Under the pieces are notes generated by a model. That model did no database searches and had not been told where the DNA came from. It was given only the letters and a program-made list of their open reading frames with translations. The position numbers were made by a program, and so were the translations under genes. A stretch of DNA of 64,000 nucleotides, from NCBI GenBank assembly GCA_965603825.1, contig CBFDEM010000043.1, positions 548,204-612,203 on the forward strand. Reading direction: 5' to 3'. Every line of letters begins with the position of its first letter. The first letter of the stretch is position 1. The stretch is from Blepharisma stoltei ATCC 30299. Its lineage: Eukaryota; Protista; Ciliophora. Below are positions 22,054 through 33,261 of this stretch, piece by piece.

Positions 22054-22599
22054 ATGGAAAATCAACTAAATTCAGGCAAGCTCCCATTTTCACTGAATCA
22101 AAAAGTTGTGGCTTGCCAAGAAATTAACCTTGATAATGATTTGAGAAGCTCGAAAGAAATTATTGAAAATCTAAGAAACGAAAATTTTCAGCTAAAGAAA
22201 GAAAACAATTTTTTAAAAAATCTAGTAAATCAGCATCAGGTAGAATTAAATTAGAATTCTTTAGATCTAGATGGCTACAATAGCCAGAAAAGCCTTTATA
22301 TAGCAGGTGAAGAGCCTGCTGAAAAGCTCAAAAAAATTAACGAAAAATTACATAAAATTCAACTATTTGATGAAGAAAACAGAAAGTTGTGTAAAAATCA
22401 AGAAACAAATACTGAATTAAATATTAATGAAATTTTAAAGCAAAAAGAAAGCTTAGAAAGGAAATATACTGAAGAATTAGAAAGGTATAAAGAAGAAATT
22501 TTTATTTTAAAGTGGCAGCTCCAAAACAGTCAAAGTTTCAATATTTTTGGAAAATCAATTGGCTCTGATGTATTAGGCCCAGAGTCTTCTGAAGGTTAA
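22054..22599 (+). CDS. Coiled-coil hypothetical protein, 176 aa, one intron
   Basis: Two ORFs join in frame after removing 22240-22254, with no other stop. Confidence 0.75.
22240..22254 (+). other. 15-nt spliceosomal intron
   Basis: GTAGAATTAAATTAG; A at position 10; removes an in-frame TAG. Confidence 0.75.
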
Positions 22600-22794
22600 A
22601 TAATTAATATAACAAAAAGTCCATGAATTTTAAAATTTTCTTTTTTAAAGCGGTAATATCTTTTCTAAATTCTTATTACCAATTAAGACCTTTATCTTCA
22701 ATAATCTTAAATCTTAAGCTGATTCTAATTTTTTTAATCAATAAAAATTCCATAAATCATTATCTATAATAAATTCAAATCGTTAGACATTAAA

Positions 22795-23457
22795 ATGAAA
22801 CAATCCTATTATGCAGCAGTAAACCAAGTTCGGTGCTCAACTCCTTCTCGGAACCCTCTTCTCCAAGACGAATCTTATGAAACCAAATCACGGCTATCCA
22901 AAGCCCAAGTTCCTTCTTATTTAGCCGAATCAAGATGACTCGACGAAAGGCCAAAAGGAATCGCCAAAGGAGCCTATTCCTATCAGTCCCAAGGATCATT
23001 TAAAATTGGCACTGATAACAATTTACCATTTAAACCTACTAAAAAGGTGTTCTCTTGCAGAAATACGCTTAGCAGGCCAGAAGTCCCAGTTGCGATAAAA
23101 GCGCGGCCTCAAACTCCATCTAGAAATCCTTTATTTTTGGGTGATGAAGAAGCTCCTCCACAGAGCTCAAGGAAAAAACTGATAAACCCTGATCCTCCAT
23201 GTCTATATGATGATGTTGCAAATAATTCAGAAAATAGCCAAAGAACTCGTAGGACGAGCTAGTAAAAAATATTTAGTGACCGACGAAATTCAAGTAGTGT
23301 TTTTGAACAAAATAATAAATATGATCCATTTGGAAGCCACAAAAAGCATAACCCTAAACCAAGAGAATCATTAAAAAAGGTATTAGCTTATGATTATGCT
23401 CTGCCTTATAGGGAAGATAAAATTACAACTAAGCCTTGGAATGAAGTTGCTTATTAG
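22795..23457 (+). CDS. Hypothetical protein with two TPSRNPL motifs, 215 aa, one intron
   Basis: ATG 22795, one TGA=Trp, intron 23262-23276, stop TAG at 23455-23457. Confidence 0.75.
23262..23276 (+). other. 15-nt spliceosomal intron
   Basis: GTAAAAAATATTTAG; splicing converts TA|G to TA|T and extends the frame by ~60 codons. Confidence 0.8.
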
Positions 23458-23799
23458 GTAGATTATAAATTAAATCCTTTTAAATTGAAATTTAATTATA
23501 CTGCCATAATTACTGATAAGGATATTGATTAATTAGTGATTGGAAATATACTATATTAAATAAAGCTTATATTTTACATTAGCTCCAAATCAATATACAG
23601 TATTTTTCTATGGACAAATACTTTAATTATTTGGCTGAAACAAGCTGGTGCTGATAAAAAATGAATTAGGCAAACTTCTTATTATAAATGCCAATACTTC
23701 CCGAGCAGTAAGCTTTATTTATAATTTTTCTTTTTCTAAACTTAGCAGACCAATTAAAAATTATTACCTTTTTCTATAAGAAAAATAATATATAGTTTA

Positions 23800-24606
23800 A
23801 TGGATATGGAAAATTCAGCAATACTAAATGATAAATACTCATCAGAAATTCCAAAAAAAAGCATAAAAGAACTTGAAGCAATAAGAAATGCAAATGAACA
23901 AAACGAAAATTATATAGAGGCTTGAAAAACACATAAAGCTATATTAGAGCGAATAAAAGAAGAAAATAGAAAGCATGAGGAAACGTTAATAGAGCAACAA
24001 GAAATAAATCATTATGAAATGATAGTTGATTTTAAATCAGAATACGCTTTATTTAGAGATCGTTGAAATGAATTAATTTCAGAGAATTATAAAAAATTCA
24101 AAGACGCAAGAGATAAAGCCAAATCAGATTTCGAAAAAGAGCTCCAATCAGCCAAAGAGCAACTAGAAAAATCTATACAAATTATGCCCATTTTTTCTGC
24201 GGAATTAACAACTTTAAAAAATATTCAAAATGAAATGGCCAGAAATAAAGAATATGAAATGGCAGATATCATAAAACTGTATTTAATTGAGTTTGAAAAT
24301 GAAGAGAAAAGAAACTGAAAAATGATCAGGGAAGAAGAAATTAAAATTAAATTAGATGAGATGAAAGCTAAACATAAAATTGGCATGAAAAATATCGATT
24401 TTTTAGAAAAGACTGAAATGGAAAAATTAAAGAGTCAAAGATATAAAGAAAGGATAGATTTAATAAATAAATATCAAAAAGCCAAAGGAATTTATGAAAA
24501 TGCACACAGATTAATAGCTTTAGAAAGCTTTAACAAAAATCAATGCACTCTTGCTCTTGGTTATATAGCAGCAATATTTTTAATTATTTTTATCTTGAAT
24601 CTTTAA
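23800..24606 (+). CDS. Coiled-coil protein with C-terminal TM anchor, 268 aa
   Basis: Open from ATG 23800 with three TGA=Trp. Glu/Lys-rich heptads end in the hydrophobic tail LALGYIAAIFLIIFIL. Confidence 0.8.
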
Positions 24607-24628
24607 TGATGTTAGCAAATTTTTTTAT

Positions 24629-25594
24629 TTACATTAAATCTGACAGTTTAATTCTTCTAAATTTATTCAGCTGCATAGATAAAGTGCCTATTTGCTTTTT
24701 CGCTTCAACCTCTATAAATTTTTTCATATCCATTTTCGGCTTGTGGCTAGGCTTTACAACGCCTTCGTGATAGTCTTTCATCTTATCAATTTTAGCATAT
24801 TCTCGTTTACGGTTCCTTCTGTTAGGCGTCATATCCCTGAATAAAAACCGGTCTGGGGTTAATTTAGGGGTTAGTCCTTGATACCCTATAGAGCTTCTTT
24901 TACTTATGTGTGTAGAATCGCAAGTTTCGTGCCAAGAGTTCTCATGCCTAATCGATATAGATTTAGCTTCAAAACTAGATTTTGGGTCAATTCCTAATGG
25001 AGAAATTGATCGTATCGGACTTGTTGTCGATCTTTTTTTTATATGCTTTATTGTGATAACCGGATTTTGTATCGGTGGAGGCTCTCCGACTAAATGCACT
25101 ACTATTCCTCCTTCTTTAAGGAGCATAGGCGGAGACAATTTTCTCTTTTTTCTTCAGTCATGTGAAAAATATGTAGATCTTGAGCCTTGTTTATAATGCT
25201 CTCCACTCCCAGCTTGTGTTTCTCCATCTTTCATTTCAGCGTTTGGCTTTTTTAATAGTTTATGAACATTTGTCAAGTCAACGTCAATTGCATTGTCTAT
25301 CCCATTCTGGATCCCAATATCTCTGTATTCAATTTCTCTCATTTTAGGCTTAGAATTTGTAGGGTCAGGGGTTAATGATTTCTTATTTTTTTGCTTTCGC
25401 TTGGCTAATTCTTTAAGGTACTCAATTTCGGCATTTTGGTAACGGAGCAACCCTTTGATTTCTTCTTCTCTGTCAGATTTTTCCCTAAGCTTCCTTTCGC
25501 TGAGTAGCCGGAGCTTGGTTTCACGGATTAAACTGGCTTGCTGCTTTTTATAGTCAAGATTACTGAAGCTTACTAATGGAGAGGGCCCAAACAT
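24629..25594 (-). CDS. Basic hypothetical protein, 321 aa
   Basis: Two ORFs join in frame through TGA 25154-25156. Confidence 0.75.
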
Positions 25595-25925
25595 GAAGCT
25601 AGAGCAATTTAATTAATTTTGTTAAAAATATAGCAAAAATTCATAATTTTATATTATAAATAAATACAACATCATTTATATATCTCTTATTATGACTTAA
25701 CTATAATTATACATAGTTTATTGCACATCCCCAACGCCACAGAGATTAGGCATTTGCCCATCTCTTATTCGTCCTGTGGGCGACATCACGAGCCATTTGA
25801 TTGAGTTCTTAAGCTTTCCAATGAAGCCATTACCTATTAGGGCTCTAATTATTATAGTTTTGCGTAAAATTTTGCTAAATAAATCCTTTCCATTTTTCAA
25901 TTTCTCATTCAGTTATAATTTTACC

Positions 25926-27059
25926 ATGGACAGCAACTCTCCTAAGCCAGTAGTTATCGACAACGGGACTGGCTTTATCAAAGCAGGACTTGCAGACGAA
26001 GACTGCCCTCGTGTTATTCAGCCCACTTTAATCGGTGTTCCCAAATATCCAGGAATTATGGTCGGAATGGACCAAAAAGATCATTACATCGGAACTGAAG
26101 CAGTCGAAAAAGTCGAGTTCCTCAATATGTCAGATCCTATCAAAAACGGCTACATAGAGAACTGGGACGACATGGCAAAAATCTGGAGCCAAATCTTCCA
26201 AGAACTTAATGTATCCTCCAAGGAAAATCCCTTATTTTTCGCAGACACTCCTCTCACACCTCGTTCTTCACGTGAAAAAATGGCTGAAGTCATGTTCGAG
26301 ACCTTTGAATGCCCTTCTCTTTATATGTACACCACATCTGTGCTTTCCTTATTTGCCTCAGGCCGCACTACAGGATTAGTTGTAGACTCAGGAGAAGGAA
26401 GAACCCATGCTGTCCCTGTTTATGAAGGTTTCGCTTTGCCTCATGGAATATTAAGGCTTAATGTGGCAGGGAGAGATCTTACAGATTATTTGCTCAAGCA
26501 TTATATTGAGTATAACCAGACCCACGATTTCACATCTTTGACATACCAAAAACTTGTAGTGGATATAAAAGAAAAGCACTGCATGGTCGCATATGATTTT
26601 GACACTCTTTTGAAAAATGCAGCTGAAAATGGAGGGGAAAGGGAAGAATACCATTTGCCTGATAACTCAGTGATGATTATTGGGAGGGAAAAGTTCATTA
26701 TACCAGAAGCTATGTTCCAGCCTGGAATGATAGGAAAAGACTCAGCAGGGATTGCAGATACTGTTTTTAAGGCAGTTTCTAATTGTGACGCGAATATTAG
26801 GAAAGAGCTATATGAAAACATTTTATTAGCAGGAGGAAATTGTATGCTGAAGAGGCTTAAGGAGAGGTTGCAGAAGGACGTAAAAGCGCTTGCACCAAGC
26901 ACAATTAATATTGAGGTAGCTGCGCCACCTGAGAGAGGGTATTCAGCTTGGCTTGGAGGGTCGATTTTATCACATTTGCCATCGTTTAAGCCGATGTTTA
27001 TTACAAAAGCGGAGTATTTGGATCAAGGCGCGCTGGTAGTTTATAGAAAATGCTTTTAA
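25926..27059 (+). CDS. Actin-family protein (divergent actin paralog), 377 aa
   Basis: VVIDNGTGFIKAG, PGIMVGMDQKD, SGRTTGLVVDSG, YSAWLGGSIL and C-terminal RKCF. The first ATG is at 25926. Confidence 0.93.
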   Translation: MDSNSPKPVVIDNGTGFIKAGLADEDCPRVIQPTLIGVPKYPGIMVGMDQKDHYIGTEAVEKVEFLNMSDPIKNGYIENWDDMAKIWSQIFQELNVSSKENPLFFADTPLTPRSSREKMAEVMFETFECPSLYMYTTSVLSLFASGRTTGLVVDSGEGRTHAVPVYEGFALPHGILRLNVAGRDLTDYLLKHYIEYNQTHDFTSLTYQKLVVDIKEKHCMVAYDFDTLLKNAAENGGEREEYHLPDNSVMIIGREKFIIPEAMFQPGMIGKDSAGIADTVFKAVSNCDANIRKELYENILLAGGNCMLKRLKERLQKDVKALAPSTINIEVAAPPERGYSAWLGGSILSHLPSFKPMFITKAEYLDQGALVVYRKCF

Positions 27060-27104
27060 TATAAAATTAAATAAGACTTTTTTAAGAAAAAATTTATTAA
27101 AAAG

Positions 27105-27177
27105 TACAAGTGGTGGGGATTGAACCCACGACCTTCTGCGTGTGAGGCAGATGTGATAACCACTACACTACACTTGC
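27105..27177 (-). tRNA. tRNA-Val(CAC)
   Basis: GCAAGTG TAGTGTAGTGGTTATCAC A TCTGC CT-CAC-AC GCAGA AGGTC GTGGG TTCAATC CCCAC CACTTGT A folds as a cloverleaf. A T-run (Pol III terminator) follows at 27099-27103. Confidence 0.96.
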
Positions 27178-27240
27178 GCTTATATCTTCAAAATTTTTCC
27201 TCAATAAATACGGTATTTTATCAAAATAATTTAATTGATA

Positions 27241-28119
27241 TTAAGATTTACTAGCTGGAGAATGGAAGCTTGGATCAGCCTTATCCCATCCCTCCAAAAA
27301 ATTGGTCGGCATTACTTCCACTTTGGGTAAAACTGCATGATTATTGTTTGTGCTTGATTCGAAGTCGAAATCAGAAGCCTTCCTCAGCCCGCTTGATTCA
27401 TATTTCTTGACGCTCAATAAACTTTCATCCTTCACATCTTGTATAGCTGGCTGCGAAATCTGCAGAATTTCATCCACGTAATAATTATAGTCCTGTATTT
27501 TGGAATCCCCAGGCACTCCCACCAGTTTTCCAAGTTCTTTGAATTTATTATTGATATCTTTGGCATTGATGCTCATCAGAGGCTTGATTGTTTCAGCCCA
27601 AGAGCTATATTCATCCATATAATCTGCTGATTTTGACGATAAATAAGCTTTATAAGGCGCGATGTCTTCGTTTAATTGATTTTTAACCGCAAAAGCTACA
27701 TTTAGCAGCAGGTTTTGGATAGGCATAGTGTTTTCTTTTCAGTTGTACCGGTCAAGCGCAATGGCTCAAGACACGACTTCGAGCTCGTTTAATGTCAATT
27801 CTTGGAGGACTTCGTTTAAAATCCTGAATAAAAGCTGGGAACTGATTTCACCAGACGATGACAGATTGCTGGAAATCCTTCGAATTAGAAGTTGGCTCTG
27901 CTGAGAAACCCCAGTATTTAAGAAGGAAGCTCGCAAATTATTGTAAACTTCTAGCAAATCACTTTGATGTTTTGGTTTTTCTATTGCTTTTTCTTGCTTT
28001 GTGGTGGGATTTTGGGATTTAGAGAGCTCACTAAGATCTGAGTCTGGTTTTGATTTTTTCTCTGGAAGCTTTGGAGGACGTCCGCGCTTGCTGCGTTTTT
28101 TGGGAAGCTGGTCTGACAT
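27241..28119 (-). CDS. AT-hook-containing nuclear protein, 292 aa
   Basis: N-terminal KRGRPPK. Two TGA=Trp join the ORFs (EVVS-W-AIALDRYN-W-KENTM). Confidence 0.75.
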
Positions 28120-28450
28120 TGAGTAGGCAGCTAAATATTATTGAAATTAGGAAATGGACATTTTGAAGACTCATAAGCCATTTAAAAGTAGCTAAATAGA
28201 AACCATTAATGACAGCAAAAATCGTTGAACTGGATAGCAGAAACTGAAATTCAGTTTCCAAGAAAAAATAAATAAAAAAATATAAATTAGTAAAAAGTAA
28301 AATCAAGCATTTAATATCCAATGAGACAGATTTTAAGCTTGCTAATAATCATTTTTAATACTCAAATAAGCATTTTCCATATATACTCTAAGAAATATCT
28401 TACAAAACCCAGGAGATAATTTACTATAAAGTGTGTCGAATAAATGTAAA

Positions 28451-29272
28451 ATGGAGTGAAATTTAGACTCCCATGTTTTAGGCGATGACATTTTTCTTTC
28501 GTTTCTCAATGTGCAAGAGCCTTTCTTTGATGCGAACCACAACTTCATAGCACCTCGGAAAGAAAAAGAAATAGAAACTCACAAACCAATTCCAGACGCC
28601 AAGAGACTGAGAAGGCTGGCAAAAAATAGACTTTCTGCCAGAAACACGAGAAACAGGAAAAAGCAAAATCTACAGTACTTGGAATCAAGGGTCGCAAGCC
28701 TAACTGAAGAGGTGGAAAGCTTAAGGCAAGAAGCACGCGATGATGACAAAATAAGTGATGAGGTTTCAGAGCAATTAAGATCTGAGAGACAGATGAGGTT
28801 TGCCCAGCTAAAAACGCTTTTAGAAACTGAAGGACATGATGAACAAATCCAAGAAACGATAGACACACTCCGCATCAAAATGGGCGTTGATGGTGTAGAG
28901 CGTCAAGGGTACATAGAATACGTTATGCGGCAAATATCCAGCATATTCGTACCAGAACTGCTAAAAAGCTTACTCAATGTTGTCTCAAACAGAGGTATTA
29001 TTTTAATGATTTCCCCTTCTATAACCCCAGAGCAGCTGCAAAACGCAGAAGCCCACTTGCAAGCCATTGAAGCAAAAAAAGAAGCTTACGACAGCTGCTT
29101 AAAAAATCTAAAAAGAATTCAAAAATGCTTACTCAGGAGGACTGGGCACCTCCAAAGCATAATTGATACCATTGCAACGATGCTAACACCGAGACAACAA
29201 GCAGCTCTTCTCATTAGGCTGAATGATTCTGGGGCATTATTAGATCCATTTGACAAGGGTGTTAATTACTAA
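28451..29272 (+). CDS. bZIP transcription factor, 273 aa
   Basis: Basic region KRLRRLAKNRLSARNTRNRKKQ plus leucine zipper LESRVASLTEEVESLRQE. The in-frame ATG is at 28451, with TGA at codon 3. Confidence 0.9.
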
Positions 29273-29276
29273 TTTT

Positions 29277-29735
29277 TTAATTAGCTAAAGTAGTAGCCAT
29301 AGCATGGAGAGCTTCAAGCTTCTTATATTTGCAGTCCATGATGGTGTTGGCGGTCGCGTCGTTTGAAAAGTCGGTTTCCCAGGTAAGAAAAGTTTTATTA
29401 GTCAATGTTTCTTTGAAAAGGCGAATTGTGTTCACGTAAGAGTAAGAGTGAGCGGCAGGGTCAGCAGTGATAAGTTCGTAAACAATTGTTCTCTTAATGT
29501 CGCTAATTTCTAGAATGTTGACTGTCCAATGAGAGCCATCTGTATAGGTCATTTGCACTGTGGCTCCAACTTTTCCAGCTTCACCTTCATGCCAAGCTAC
29601 ATTGGACACCCAGGATGGGCAAAGAGTATGGAAAGCTAAGCTACGAATGTGAGTCCAGACATTATCAACTGGTGCATTGAAGATAGCTGACTCAAATTGA
29701 TGACTTGCTGATACCACTAAACTTTCTGTCGCCAT
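29277..29735 (-). CDS. SRPBCC/START-like (Bet v 1, polyketide-cyclase-like) ligand-binding protein
   Basis: FNAPVDNVWTHIR, GKVGAT, LEISDIKRTIVYEL and TFLTWETDF; 152 aa fits a single domain. Confidence 0.85.
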   Translation of the reverse strand: MATESLVVSASHQFESAIFNAPVDNVWTHIRSLAFHTLCPSWVSNVAWHEGEAGKVGATVQMTYTDGSHWTVNILEISDIKRTIVYELITADPAAHSYSYVNTIRLFKETLTNKTFLTWETDFSNDATANTIMDCKYKKLEALHAMATTLAN

Positions 29736-29861
29736 TATTATTTATTAGGAATCCTTGTGATGGATAATGTTTGCTTATTATACTGCCCATAGCTAGTTTT
29801 CTATACAACAGTCACAAATTCTCATGTTCAACTTAACTTACCTATTATTGAAATCTTTAAA

Positions 29862-31028
29862 TTAGCTATCCTGCTCCTCTTCTTCAATATCATTATGACT
29901 TAAAATCAAATCAATCCTGTCCAGCTGCAAAATCTTGGAAAACCTTTTCTCAAACTTCACCAGGATATCTTGGTCGTCCAAGCTGTCTTCCAGCTTTACC
30001 TTACTCCATAGCAAAAACTGGTAGCTTTTGTCAAGTCCCATTTCTTGTCCATCACAAAACGCGTTCCAAATTTCTTCTTTTTCTTTAAACTCATTAGGTC
30101 TAAACAAATAAGGAGGAAAAGATGTGCTGTGATAAAACTCCTGGATGTCAGGATAATACAGTTCGTTATAATTTGAAGTCGTATCGTCTAAATTTAGCAG
30201 CAAAATTCCTCCGCTGGTTAATGCGTCAGCTACAACTCCTCGGACTGCTGATCTGACGCTTTCTTTTCCTTCTTCTTTTTTCATCTGGGCTAAGCCTTTG
30301 AGATCAAGCTCAAAAACTTGCTTGTTGAGCCTTCGCAAAGCGTCAAAAATTTCGCTTTTTTTCAGGAAGGACTGTTGGGTCGTTAGAATTATCCCAATTC
30401 TGCCAGAGGAGTCGACTTTAGCTAAGGCCTCGCCGAGTTTTTGTAGGTTGGGAATTCTGTGGAGCTTGACTTCAGTTTTTTGGAGGTCAAGCCTTTTTAT
30501 GGTCTTTTTCTTGTGAGATTCTTGGAGCTTGATTTCTTCTTGGAGTTGCTCTTCTTCTAAAAAAGGATTTACGGCGAGATCTTTGTGCAGATAATAATTG
30601 GCGTTGAAAAGTCCTTGCAGCTTGAACCCATTACTATGAGAAAAACTCCCAGAGCCTTCCATGCGGTCTTGTTTCCATTCTCCTTCATATTTTCTCCCAT
30701 CTTTCCATTGATAAGTTCCTTGTCCGTGGCGTTTATCATTGTGCATTTTGCCTTGATATAAGTCTCCGTTAGGAAAAATGCACAGTCCTTGGCCAGTTCT
30801 CTTATCATTTTTCCATTCCCCTTCATATTTGCATAAAACCTCTGAAGCATTCGTCATGAATAGCTGAATCCCAAAGCCATGCCTTACTTTTCTAAGCGTG
30901 GCTTTCTCTTCAGGTGTTAAATTTTCTTCTAGTGCAATATCTCCTGATGGCTTTATGTAGCCGACTTCTCCATAATAAATGCTTTGATCTTTTAGCTGGA
31001 AGCATTTTCAGTTACTTTTAGCAAACAT
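29862..31028 (-). CDS. MORN-repeat protein, 388 aa
   Basis: MORN repeats YEGEWKNDKRTGQG, YQGKMHNDKRHGQG and YEGEWKQDRMEGSG. The frame extends to ATG 31028 through one TGA and adds IYYGE...VRHGFG. Confidence 0.88.
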
Positions 31029-31035
31029 TTAAATA

Positions 31036-31896
31036 TTAATATTCTAAGTAGTCCTTAAAGCTAAATTTTAGTGGCAAAAATTGATAGACTATATCGCTTT
31101 GATAAGGATCAATTAGTCACTGTGGAGAAATATCGAAGCCACTGGACCGAAGCGCATCAAAATCAGCTTCTTTTAGCTGAAATTCTCTTAAGATCTTCCT
31201 TTCTGAGAATTTGTGAAAAATTTGAGTATCTATGATTCTGACTATTACATGATCTACTCGGAGATAAGACCTTATGAGTGCGAAAAAGCAGTCTTCCATG
31301 CAACGAATTCTGAAATTGAAGCGGGAGTGTCCGTTGTCGTTTAGCTCGTCCTCATAGAGCAAAATGTCTGTGCTTCATAGGATTGGGTTATCAACTCCTA
31401 GCATTTCTAAAGGGATATTTTCATTGGTTTCTCTAAACTTTAGATCAATTTGAGGAGACAAGTCAATTTGTAATAGTTCGCCTTTATAAGGTGAAGAATA
31501 TGTTCAATCGCACCCTGGATCAAATTCTTTTGCTTGGATTTGTAGAGAATCAGCTTCATTAAAAAGGGAGTCTTTTGGCAAAGTTTTATTTGCCCAAGAT
31601 CCTGAATGATGGACCCTAACTGGCTCTGGAATTACGTTAATATGATCATAGTAAAGCTCTCCTTCAGTTTGCAGCTTTTGCATTCTTAAGCTCAAGCTGC
31701 ACATGTTCAAAGCGCCTTCTGGGTCAATTCTATAAGCAACCTTGCTTTCAGAATTCTTAAAACACACATAACTTTTCGTTACAATATCAGGGATCTTAAT
31801 GCCTAACCTTGCACCCAACGCGCTTAGCTCATCTGTTTTCATATAATTTCCATGAAAAACCTCTATATCCCACGATCCAGCCCTATATGTTTCCAT
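31036..31896 (-). CDS. TIP41: TIP41-like protein (TIPRL, PP2A regulator), 286 aa
   Basis: D-W-TYSSPYKG, NPIL-W, LYEDELNDNG and YLRVDHVIVRIIDT, with three TGA=Trp. Stop TAA at 31036-31038. Confidence 0.92.
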
Positions 31897-31917
31897 TTAA
31901 TTAATTTATATGCCCAA

Positions 31918-32916
31918 TTAATTCCCAGTTTTATTTATTTTAGCTGAAAGGTTAGGCCTGTAATGAGAAGTGATGAGATCAATGTTTTGCGTAATATTAT
32001 AAATCCCTAACATTTGAGGGCCAGATTTCCAAGCATAGTCAGCCCCTGTATATCCCCACCAATCCCAACACCCTGCTGGATTAACCACCTGCTGTGCAAG
32101 TACTTGAGGATAAATAATTACAATGCTGTTAGACTCTGCCCAAGTATTTAATCCAGAATTTCTAACAAATGCGTTTCCAATAGCGCCATAGTTCATGTCA
32201 CAGCCATGCAGAGCAACATGGACCTTGCAGTTGGGGTTATATAAGCAGCTCCAAGGCTGATAAATCCAGCCATATGTGACCATTCCGCTGTCAAAGCTTG
32301 ATACAAATTCTGACTGATCAAATGTATAAAAATTAGAAAAGTTCATGGTCACAGGAGCATTTAAAGTCCCATAAAGCTGCTTAAGGATGTATCCTGCTGC
32401 ATCATATTGGCAGTTGCTTAAATAAGGAGCTCCAAGATACCAGCAAGGATTTCCATATCCATTAGTAACCCACGAATTTTCAGCTGCGACGTCAAAGGTG
32501 GAGTTTATTTTGTAGGCATTCACGAAATTTGAAAAATATTGCTGGGTCTTTTTAACTGTATCTTGATGGACTTCAGTATCAAGTGATCCAGAGAAAAGCC
32601 AAATGTTATCTTGTGCTATATTATGGACATCATCAATGTTGTCTAATGAAGCCATATCTTTGGTATATTGAACCAAAGCGTCTACATTGATCAGATATGA
32701 AGAAAGCATACAAGCTGTTTTGCTCGTGACTTCAGATCCTTGTGCACAGTAATAAGGGGCCGCTGCAAAAGCACCTACACCTGTTACAACTGAAGAGTAA
32801 GCGACATCTAGCTGTATCGCCATATTCCCACCTGCCCCAACACCTGAAGTTGTGAATTTTTGTTGCGCAAACGAAATTGCGAGGATTGAAAGGAAAAGAA
32901 AACTTTTCTTCACCAT
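31918..32916 (-). CDS. Secreted poly(3-hydroxybutyrate) depolymerase-like alpha/beta hydrolase, predicted inactive, 332 aa
   Basis: Signal peptide MVKKSFLFLSILAISFA, with family motifs MAIQLDVAYS, APYYCAQG, CKVHVALHGC, IIYPQ and NPAGCWDWWGY. Confidence 0.88.
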   Translation of the reverse strand: MVKKSFLFLSILAISFAQQKFTTSGVGAGGNMAIQLDVAYSSVVTGVGAFAAAPYYCAQGSEVTSKTACMLSSYLINVDALVQYTKDMASLDNIDDVHNIAQDNIWLFSGSLDTEVHQDTVKKTQQYFSNFVNAYKINSTFDVAAENSWVTNGYGNPCWYLGAPYLSNCQYDAAGYILKQLYGTLNAPVTMNFSNFYTFDQSEFVSSFDSGMVTYGWIYQPWSCLYNPNCKVHVALHGCDMNYGAIGNAFVRNSGLNTWAESNSIVIIYPQVLAQQVVNPAGCWDWWGYTGADYAWKSGPQMLGIYNITQNIDLITSHYRPNLSAKINKTGN

Positions 32917-33261
32917 TTTATAAGAGATTTTCAAAAGAACTGACAAAAGGAAGAAGTTAATTGCTATCATTCTGAGAAAATTAGTAATTAAAGACCCAAA
33001 CAAAATAAATACAAAAATAATTTCTTTTTATTTAAAAATCATACTTTTTCCACAAAATTAATATAGAAATAGACTCATTGTACATTTCTCTATGATTACC
33101 TGAATATTTCATATCTTCTCTTCATTATTAATTTAAATTAGCTAAATCTTCTTAAAAATTCCCAAAATTTCTCTCTATCCATGCTGCTTCTTTCTATATC
33201 ACTGCTCCCTTTTCTCTTACAGATATTCTAAATCTTTCTAATCATTATTGGCTAATATAAA

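Noticed and set aside
27500-27860. Cyclin-box-like fold in the AT-hook protein
   Set aside because: Only a vague resemblance (LLLNVAFAVKNQLNED); it needs a profile search before any claim.
25776-33003. GTG/TTG-initiated N-terminal extensions (actin 25776, hydrolase 33003; likewise 5837 and 57647)
   Set aside because: These are prokaryote-style start calls. Downstream ATGs give proper N-termini or signal peptides in the local start context.
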